Of a DNA stretch of 42,512 bases, positions 36,142 through 42,512 are shown piece by piece (the stretch's first letter is position 1; the number at the start of each line of letters is the position of its first letter). The stretch is from positions 1 to 42,512 of IMG/VR virus record IMGVR_UViG_3300037467_001543, one strand, 5' to 3'. The stretch comes from a virus. Lineage: Duplodnaviria; Caudoviricetes. The notes under the pieces are model-generated. The model was not told the DNA's origin and searched no databases. It saw only the letters and a program-made list of their open reading frames with translations. Position numbers and translations under genes: made by a program.

Positions 36142-36617
36142 TACAGCGGCTCAGGCTGGCCCGACCGCAGCGACTGGTCGGCCTGGTTGCTGTTACGAAC
36201 GATCGCCTGCCCGGCATCGTCATGCGCCTGCAATTTCCGCCGCATGTTGTGGTGCTGGGCAATCCAGGCCTCCGACGCGGTCCGCGCCATGTCGGCCTGC
36301 TCTGGCGTGTCGAACCAGTCCCGCCTGGCCTGCAGGCGGCTCTCCTCGCCCGGATCCTTCAGCTCGATCTCGCCATGGACCGGGTGATACAGCCGCTTCG
36401 GGTAGCCACTCGGCTGGCCCGCCGGATCGGCCATAAACTTCGCCGCCTCGGCCGGCGGCTCGATCACCGTCGGGATCAACGGGCTGACCGGGTTCAGCAG
36501 CTGGTCGCCAGGCTTCACGTCGCTGACCGGCGCCGTTGCTGCCTGCGCCGGGGGCTGCTCGGTGTTGACCTCGGCCTCGTGCCGGGAAACCGGCTCGCCA
36601 TCAGGGGATTTTGCCAT
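36141..36617 (-). CDS. Hypothetical virion-module protein
   Basis: YPKRLYHP motif; TAATG coupling. Confidence 0.7.
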   Translation of the reverse strand: MAKSPDGEPVSRHEAEVNTEQPPAQAATAPVSDVKPGDQLLNPVSPLIPTVIEPPAEAAKFMADPAGQPSGYPKRLYHPVHGEIELKDPGEESRLQARRDWFDTPEQADMARTASEAWIAQHHNMRRKLQAHDDAGQAIVRNSNQADQSLRSGQPEPL

Positions 36618-36817
36618 TACACGCTCTCCGCACGGGTCCGGGTCACAGGCATGATCGTTTCGGCGACGGCGCCAGCCGCCTTGCGCAGCGCCTGCGCGTG
36701 CTTGTCGGCGTCGTATTTCTCCGACCAGCCCGCACCCAGCCCTTTCTGTTGTTCCTGGTTACGAACGACAACATGCCGCCCGTCCTCATGGTAAAGCACC
36801 ATAGGGTAGTCAGCCAT
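36617..36817 (-). CDS. Hypothetical protein
   Basis: GGAGGAG RBS; YPMVLYH motif resembles that of the next gene. Confidence 0.7.
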   Translation of the reverse strand: MADYPMVLYHEDGRHVVVRNQEQQKGLGAGWSEKYDADKHAQALRKAAGAVAETIMPVTRTRAESV

Positions 36818-36834
36818 TCACTCCTCCTTCTCCC

Positions 36835-38070
36835 TTAGAGCGCATCTGCAACGACGACAGCCCACTCAGGCCGCACAGCCGCAGCGCCATAGAGCGCATC
36901 CAGGCGGGTCACGCTCTGGTCGTTGACGCCATCGTAGAACGTAATGAGGCGCAGGCTGACGCCCTGGTAGCTTTCACGGTAGCTCTCGATCACACCACGC
37001 GTCGGCATTTCCATTGGAACCATCGCCAGAGTGAACGCAAGCGGGTGAAAGATAAAATTCTTTCTGTAGACCTCGCTGTCGTTCGTCAGCACGGTGATGG
37101 CCGCGCCGTTGGCTGGGCTCGCCGTGACGGTTTCATATGCAACCGGGTTGCCCGACGATGCCGGCGTCAGCGCTGGATAGATCGGGATCGACGTTGCAGC
37201 CGCCGCCACATCGGCGGTGACCACGAACTGCGCCAGCTGCCCGGTCGAGGTCTTCGATGCCCGGTTCACGGCGTAGACCCCAGCGAAGGTGATCACGTCG
37301 CCTTTTTTGAGGGACTTGCCGGACGCCACAGCCGAGGTGGTGATGGTGCTGCCCGTCTGGTTGGCGCCAGACACCGTCGGCATCGTTCCATAGGTGCCGG
37401 TGGTGTGCGTCGGCAAATTCGCGTCCTGCGCCCAGTCCATGCCCAAGACGTCTTTCTTGATCATGGCGGTTTCGTATTGATCGCCGACTTTGCTTTGCTG
37501 ATTGAACAGCCCCGAGAAGCTCGACACCGTGCGCGCCATGGTGATCGGATCGAGGATCGCCTTGCGCTGGCCACGCGGCGTCGACAGCTTGTCGAGCAGC
37601 GCACCGGCCGTCGCCCAGGTGGTCAGCGTCGGCGAGATCGTGTTGTTCGATCCGTCGACGTTATGGACCAGATTGGGGATGGTATTGATGACGCTGGCGA
37701 AGACGTCCGCGGCAATTCCATTCACTATCGTATTGACCGCCGGCTCGATGACCCGCTGGCTGTAGTCCTGCATGGTCAGCGTGCGATCAGCATACGAAAA
37801 GCTGATGTCTACACCGACCTGTTTTGCAACCGTCAGCGTGGTGGTCACTTCGGTGGTGTTCTGCGGCGATGCCGTAGGCCCGCTACGCAGCACGTAGTCA
37901 TTCGGCAGACGGATCTGGATCTGGCTGCCCGGCTTCTGCCCGGCGACCGTTGGATTAGCGAACTGGTCCTCCCACTGCCGATCGATCATCTGCAGGAAGG
38001 GATTCGCATTGCGAAACAACTGGATCGCGCGCCTGACCACCAAGGTCGGCGTAATAAGACTGTTCGCCAC
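36835..38070 (-). CDS. Major capsid protein (P22 coat family)
   Basis: MANSLITP, IQIRLP, QVGVDISF, GDVITFAGV.AVN insertion domain, RLDALYG..AVRPEWA. Confidence 0.95.
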   Translation of the reverse strand: MANSLITPTLVVRRAIQLFRNANPFLQMIDRQWEDQFANPTVAGQKPGSQIQIRLPNDYVLRSGPTASPQNTTEVTTTLTVAKQVGVDISFSYADRTLTMQDYSQRVIEPAVNTIVNGIAADVFASVINTIPNLVHNVDGSNNTISPTLTTWATAGALLDKLSTPRGQRKAILDPITMARTVSSFSGLFNQQSKVGDQYETAMIKKDVLGMDWAQDANLPTHTTGTYGTMPTVSGANQTGSTITTSAVASGKSLKKGDVITFAGVYAVNRASKTSTGQLAQFVVTADVAAAATSIPIYPALTPASSGNPVAYETVTASPANGAAITVLTNDSEVYRKNFIFHPLAFTLAMVPMEMPTRGVIESYRESYQGVSLRLITFYDGVNDQSVTRLDALYGAAAVRPEWAVVVADAL

Positions 38071-38074
38071 TGTA

Positions 38075-38290
38075 AGGCATCCTGTGTCCTCTCGTTACGG
38101 AAGAGGTCCGTCACCGCGATGCGGGTCTTCGGAACACAGGTGGAACCGCCACCAGTCGGCTTGTCGGTCAGTCTCCGACAGGCCGGCGTGGGACGCGTGC
38201 CCCGACGCCAGCCACAGGCGGTTAAGCAGTGCCGCCAGTCACACAGCCGGCCTGCCGGCCGGACACAGGGGGATCACGCCCCCAGTCGGT
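38075..38290 (-). ncRNA. Structured coat-gene leader with three GACU-[5-bp stem-loop]-UGUG units
   Basis: Units at 38264-38287, 38213-38240 and 38135-38157; stems GGGGG/CCCCC, GGCGG/CCGCC and GGUGG/CCACC; additional hairpins between them. Confidence 0.6.
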
Positions 38291-38301
38291 TGTTGCGTCT
38301 G

Positions 38302-39141
38302 TTACCGGTTAGACCAGTTTAGGCTTCGGCTCCAGCGCTCGAACTCCTCCATGCTGCCTTTTTCCGGATCCGGCGCGGCTGGCGCACTGCGCGCAGCCGG
38401 CGGCGGCGTGTGCGGGGGCGGCAAAGGCGAGGCCCGCCGCGGAGGAACAGGGGGAACGGTGCGGCGGGCCTCGAGGCGCGCTGAGAGCTGGCCCAGCGCC
38501 ATCGCTCTTGCGGTCGGCGAGCGCATCTCGACGATCCGCTCCAGCTCTTCCGGCTGTTCGTAGAGCGCGCCCGCGACCCTATGCCCGCCCGGCATCTCCA
38601 CCAACAGCTTTGCCAGCTCCTGGTCCGCGCCCAACTCGATTAGCTGCGAGCGCCGCGTGTCCCAGTCTGGAAATTCCGCAGCGCCGGCCTGGACAAACGC
38701 GCGCACGCGCGCCTCTTCGGCCGCCCGCGCCTCGATATACTGCTGCACCCGCGGATCGTTCATCCAGGCGTCCGGCAAGCCATCGTTCGTCGCCTGGCCG
38801 CCGCCGTTATACTGTGCCCGCAACGCCTGCAGCTCACGCTCGAGCTGGTTCGCCCGCTCGCGCTCCAGGTATTTCTGCCGCGTGATCTGCGCCAGGCGGC
38901 GGTTTGTGCTCGCCCGCTCGCGTTCGATCCGCTGGCTCTCGGTTTCCGCCTCACCATCACCGCCGCCGTCGGCCTGCTGCTGGCCGTCCGCCTGCTGCTG
39001 CCCCTCGGCCGGCTGCTGCTGCTCTGGCTGCGCCTGCTCCCCGCCATCCGGCTCGCTGCTCAGCACATGCTTCGGCTGATACTCTTCGGTCGGCGCGGCC
39101 CCGCCACCGCCGGCCTGTTCCGTCGTTACAGTTTCAGACAT
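38302..39141 (-). CDS. Scaffolding protein
   Basis: Directly upstream of the coat gene; acidic/Gln-rich N-terminus, coiled coil (RRLAQITRQKY), Pro-rich tail ending SMEEFERW. Confidence 0.8.
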   Translation of the reverse strand: MSETVTTEQAGGGGAAPTEEYQPKHVLSSEPDGGEQAQPEQQQPAEGQQQADGQQQADGGGDGEAETESQRIERERASTNRRLAQITRQKYLERERANQLERELQALRAQYNGGGQATNDGLPDAWMNDPRVQQYIEARAAEEARVRAFVQAGAAEFPDWDTRRSQLIELGADQELAKLLVEMPGGHRVAGALYEQPEELERIVEMRSPTARAMALGQLSARLEARRTVPPVPPRRASPLPPPHTPPPAARSAPAAPDPEKGSMEEFERWSRSLNWSNR

Positions 39142-39368
39142 TGCCCTTGCTCATGTGTATTGATAGGCGTCCCCCGGGCCGCCAGCCCGCACGGGAGGCT
39201 GCACCCAGGGTCCGGCCTGGCGGATCGAGTGCCTGCAGGAGCAGCACCGGCCCGCGTGACCTCGTATTCCGCGCCCCCGGGGTTCGTTGCGCATGACGAT
39301 CGCGTCAATGCCCGGGGGCCGGTCCGGCGTGTCGGTGGGGTAGCAGGCCACCGCGCCCCGCCTGACCT

Positions 39369-40148
39369 TTATTGCTGTGGTTGTCCACCTGCTGGGCGGA
39401 TGTTTTCCGGCGAAAACACGATGTATTCGTCGATTGGACGCTGGTCGGTGAAGTCACGCATCCGACTAAATATGATGCCGTCGTGGCCGTTGGCCTTCGC
39501 TTCCTGCCCGAGCAGATACAAGCCGTAATTGTAGTAACCAGATCCCGGCCGATCGAAGGCCTTCACGCTCTGGATGTAGTCCGCGAGCCGCTCGTCCTCG
39601 GGATTGCCCGACCACGCCAGGTCGTTGAGCCACGCGTCCTGCGCGCGTGAAACGTCTTCCTCGTTGATGTGCAGCGGCTTCTCGATCTTGAGGTGATACT
39701 GGCCCACCTTGCCATAACCGGCTGCCGTTTCCGGATCCGGGGTGAAATGAAATCCCATCCCACTATCCGCGTCGTTGTTCCATCGGCCGGTCTTTTCCGC
39801 CGCCGCCTGGTCGAACGCCTCAAAAGGCGCCGCGGCTCGCGTGCCGTGATAGACAACCCGCGGCAGCCCCGCCTCATCCACGATCTTCGATTTGCCGAAC
39901 CAGCCCCGCACCCCAGCCCCACCACCGCCAGGCGCCACACTACCAGCCAGCAGCGCCTGGCCATAGGCCCCGGCAGCGTCCCGCCAGGTCTGCGGGTCGA
40001 GCGCTGCGCGATAGGCGTCGCCCAGGTTGTCGCGGTTCCACGACCACACATCGGCCGGCGTCATCTGGCCCGGCAACGGGTTCGCCGGGTCGGCCGGGAG
40101 CAGCGCGGTCGGCAGGCCGGACGCTAACGGGTTGGGTGCGCGGGGCGT
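39369..40148 (-). CDS. Shared-leader protein with ART-PolyVal-like ADP-ribosyltransferase domain
   Basis: WFGKSKIVDEAG.P.VVYHGT, GFHFT, YHLKIEKPL, GHDGII, EYIVFSPENI. The leader homologous to the 41958 gene extends 24 codons upstream of the track's TTG (40076) to ACG 40148. Confidence 0.8.
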   Translation of the reverse strand, partial: TPRAPNPLASGLPTALLPADPANPLPGQMTPADVWSWNRDNLGDAYRAALDPQTWRDAAGAYGQALLAGSVAPGGGGAGVRGWFGKSKIVDEAGLPRVVYHGTRAAAPFEAFDQAAAEKTGRWNNDADSGMGFHFTPDPETAAGYGKVGQYHLKIEKPLHINEEDVSRAQDAWLNDLAWSGNPEDERLADYIQSVKAFDRPGSGYYNYGLYLLGQEAKANGHDGIIFSRMRDFTDQRPIDEYIVFSPENIRPAGGQPQQ

Positions 40149-40370
40149 CTAGATGTCCCTGAACTGAGGCAGCCGCAGCTGCGGCGGCATCGACATCTCG
40201 ATCTCAGCCGGCACCGGATCCGGCGGGGCGCCGGGCCCGAAGTGCAGATCGAGATAGTCCTGCCGCGTGATGGGGAAGTCCTCAGGATGGAACCTCTCAA
40301 GGACCGGATACCGCCCATGGAGGGAGTTGTATTGGTCCAGTGAGAGAGCGAACGGCGGATCTTGCTTCAT
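40149..40370 (-). CDS. Small acidic partner protein (putative immunity/chaperone)
   Basis: GGAGG RBS; overlaps the 3' end of the upstream gene by 74 nt; PITRQDYLDL...AEIE..MP motif. Confidence 0.65.
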   Translation of the reverse strand: MKQDPPFALSLDQYNSLHGRYPVLERFHPEDFPITRQDYLDLHFGPGAPPDPVPAEIEMSMPPQLRLPQFRDI

Positions 40371-41958
40371 CGGCGGTTGTCCTCCCGGCGGCGTAGTCTG
40401 ACCACACCCCGTTGATGTCCTTCCGCAGACTTATAAGCCGTTTCGCACTGGGACTGAAGAGCCCCCGGCCGGTTTCCCACAGAATGCTCTGCAGCTGCCG
40501 CGGCAGCAGGCCCAGCTCGGACGCCACGCGGCGGTAGGCGTCGGCATAGGCGGGATAGAGCCCCTGCACGCCCGTGACGCCGCTGCTCGAGCCTTCGCCG
40601 CCCAGCCCATGACCGACGATGACGTCGTCCTGGCCCAGCGGCATCAGCTGACCGGCGGCGATGGCGTGGGTGTCATTGGTCAGGTCGCCGAACGGCGCGT
40701 GCGGAGCGACGATGTTGTTGTAGAACGAGCGGACCTTGTGCGCGGCGCCCACACGCTGGCTGATGTTGTAGAGGCTCGGGTCGCGCAGGATCGATATCGC
40801 GTTCTCTATGTGGTCGGTCGGCCCCCAGCTGAACGCTGCCGGCTTGCCGCTCTTGACCGTCACCGGCCCGAGGCTTTGCCCTTCCGGCGAGAGGTTCATC
40901 ACCAGCTGGTCAGGATTGTGAACCTGCTGCAGATAGCGGACGAACCAGGCGGCGTCGCGGTCCGGCAGGTCCGCCAGCCGGGTGCCGTCCTGGTCCAGCA
41001 TGTTCTGGATCTCGCCGGCCAGCCTGATCTGGCCCTTCTTGCCGGTCGCCAGGCGGCTTGCGACGTCCTGCTGGCCATAGGCCCGCATCGCAGGCGTCAG
41101 CGTCGCGCTGCCCTCGTTCAGCAGGCTGTTCAGCGTGACGCCGAACCGGGCGTTGTTCATGTTCCACTCGGTGGCCGGGCTCATCACCGCGATGCCACCT
41201 GCCACCTGGCGCGGCAGCAGGCCGGTCTTGGCGGCAATGTCATCAGCCATCACCCGTGCGCCGTCATACCAGAGCGGTGCCCGCTGCTTGATGATGTCGG
41301 GCGCCTGGTCCCACAGCCAGCGCAGGTTGCCAGCCACATGCTCGACCAGCTGGTCGTGTAGCTCCTGCGGCGTCGAGCCCGGCGCGACCCGCATGAATGG
41401 CGGCTGCTCAGCGTCGCCGATCCGAAACCCGGTGCCGTAGCGGCTGACGATGGCGCCGTTGCGCTCGAACGACACCGGATCCCCGGCCGCACTCGCCAGG
41501 TCGACATGCAGCGTGGCGGTGTTATGGCCGACATCGCCCGCCGCCTTCACCGTCGGCACGCGCGTGCTGACCCGCTCGAGCAGGCCGGGGATACCAAGCT
41601 GCTCGGCCGTCAGCGGCAGGCCGGCGTAGCGCTCGATCCCTGGCAGCGCCGACGCCGGACCACCACCCGAGGCGCCCACGAACGCCCCAGGGAACAACGA
41701 AAACCGCTGCCCCAGCTCGGTCGGCTCGCCCGTGGGCGCGACGAACGCATGCAGCATGTCCATCGTCGACCCACCGGTCGGCCCGGCCGGCAGCACCCCG
41801 TAGGTCGAGGGGTCGGTGCCGGCGCGCCAGGCGTCCAGAGCGTTCTCGCGGTTCCACTCCCAGACGTCCGACGGCGTCATCTGCCCCGGCAATGGCGCAG
41901 CCGGATCGGTCGGCAGCAACGCCGTCGGAAGCCCGAACGAGAGCGGGTTACGCGCCAC
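40297..41958 (-). CDS. Shared-leader protein with C-terminal glycosylase-like (DUF7178-like) domain
   Basis: GTG 41958; LWYDGA, IAVMSP..W..N, HKVRSFYNNI, TNDTHA, YADAYRRVA.ELGLLPRQLQSILW. Confidence 0.7.
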   Translation of the reverse strand: MARNPLSFGLPTALLPTDPAAPLPGQMTPSDVWEWNRENALDAWRAGTDPSTYGVLPAGPTGGSTMDMLHAFVAPTGEPTELGQRFSLFPGAFVGASGGGPASALPGIERYAGLPLTAEQLGIPGLLERVSTRVPTVKAAGDVGHNTATLHVDLASAAGDPVSFERNGAIVSRYGTGFRIGDAEQPPFMRVAPGSTPQELHDQLVEHVAGNLRWLWDQAPDIIKQRAPLWYDGARVMADDIAAKTGLLPRQVAGGIAVMSPATEWNMNNARFGVTLNSLLNEGSATLTPAMRAYGQQDVASRLATGKKGQIRLAGEIQNMLDQDGTRLADLPDRDAAWFVRYLQQVHNPDQLVMNLSPEGQSLGPVTVKSGKPAAFSWGPTDHIENAISILRDPSLYNISQRVGAAHKVRSFYNNIVAPHAPFGDLTNDTHAIAAGQLMPLGQDDVIVGHGLGGEGSSSGVTGVQGLYPAYADAYRRVASELGLLPRQLQSILWETGRGLFSPSAKRLISLRKDINGVWSDYAAGRTTADEARSAVRSLTGPIQLPPWAVSGP

Positions 41959-42376
41959 CCGTGGCGCCTGTGGCCCCCGTCGCACCGGTATCGCCACCGG
42001 TATCGCCGGTCGGCCCGGTGCCGCCCTGATCGCCCGGCTGCTGGCTCGGCGTGTTGGCCTCGACCGCCTGGGCCAGCGCCTGCGTCTGCTGGGCGAGCTG
42101 CGCCGAGAGGTCGTGCAGCTGCTGCAGCGACGCCGGATCGATCCCGCCCTGGCCCTGCGCCGCCGACAGCGCCGCCTCGAGCTGGTCGTGCAGCCCCTGC
42201 AGCAACGTCTCGGCGGACGCCATGACGGTGCCCTGCGCCGCCACCTCATCCTTCAGCGACTGGATCTCAGCCTGTAGCGTGTCACTCATACGTTGGATCT
42301 CCTCCTGTAACGCTTCGATTGCTCCCGCCAACACGCGCGGAAACCAGCCCGGCAACCACTCGAGCACCGACCTCAC
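41948..42376 (-). CDS. Coiled-coil phage protein with Gly/Thr tail (alternative start ATG 42289)
   Basis: GTG coupled to the junction gene; AGGAGG RBS before ATG 42289; DPASLQQL...LAQAVEANT; (GAT)n tail. Confidence 0.7.
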   Translation of the reverse strand: MRSVLEWLPGWFPRVLAGAIEALQEEIQRMSDTLQAEIQSLKDEVAAQGTVMASAETLLQGLHDQLEAALSAAQGQGGIDPASLQQLHDLSAQLAQQTQALAQAVEANTPSQQPGDQGGTGPTGDTGGDTGATGATGATGGA

Positions 42377-42385
42377 GGACGCTGC

Positions 42386-42512
42386 GCCAGCACCCGCACC
42401 AGCTCGGCGATGATTTCGCCCTCGAGCATCACCAGCTGCCGCGCCAGCCCGTAGGGCATCGCCTGGTTGCCTAGTCGCTTCATCACCGGCTCGAGCACGG
42501 CGCGCTCGATCT
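42386..42512. repeat. Terminal direct repeat, right copy
   Basis: Identical to 1-127. Confidence 0.95.

Larger units (their letters stand above)
1..42512. mobile_element. Complete P22-like podovirus genome (circular assembly, unit length 42385 bp)
   Basis: Gene order is terS-terL-portal-(cargo)-scaffold-coat-adaptor-hub-needle-ejection proteins, plus replication, recombination and CI/Cro modules; there is a terminal 127-bp overlap and no host housekeeping genes. Confidence 0.93.

Noticed and set aside
38135-38287. Coat-leader repeats as a CRISPR array
   Set aside because: The spacing is irregular and only the flanks and structure are conserved, so it is treated as a cis RNA motif instead.
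41959-42249. Arg-rich N-terminal extension of the 650-aa ORF (similarly 31602-32042, 7868-8206, 5087-5230)
   Set aside because: These overlap upstream genes in another frame; internal starts with RBS or stop-start coupling fit better.
1-42512. tRNA, integrase, reverse transcriptase/DGR, cas genes, genome-wide stop-codon recoding
   Set aside because: None recognised by eye. Core genes are intact in the standard code and several end in TAG, so any read-through at 40149 would be local.

Overview
This window is an apparently complete, high-GC (~42.4 kb) P22-like podovirus genome, circularised in assembly. Bases 1-127 are repeated exactly at 42386-42512, and a minus-strand gene reads through the join. 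The host is probably an alphaproteobacterium, inferred from the gene families. The minus strand carries a NusG-like regulator, TerS/TerL, portal, scaffold, coat, tail adaptor/hub/needle, three ejection proteins (one with a GH73-like muramidase) and an RlpA-type lytic gene. The centre holds a CI/Cro-like switch, Gp157 + Bet, VRR-NUC, an AAA_25 helicase with iteron-like repeats, and clusters of small accessory genes. I found no integrase, cas gene or tRNA. Four signals stand out. (1) Two head-module proteins share a 50-aa N-terminal leader (36/50 identical) but carry different C-terminal enzymes, a glycosylase-like domain followed by a small overlapping partner gene and an ART-PolyVal-like domain; this suggests a polymorphic virion-cargo system. 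(2) A promoter-preceded, 66-bp-period mini-array has repeats resembling type I-C CRISPR repeats. (3) A triple GACU-stem-loop-UGUG RNA motif with compensatory changes lies in front of the coat gene. (4) The gp10-like tail hub is split, with its C-terminus at the end of an FN3-containing neighbour. All family calls come from motif recognition by eye, not from database searches.
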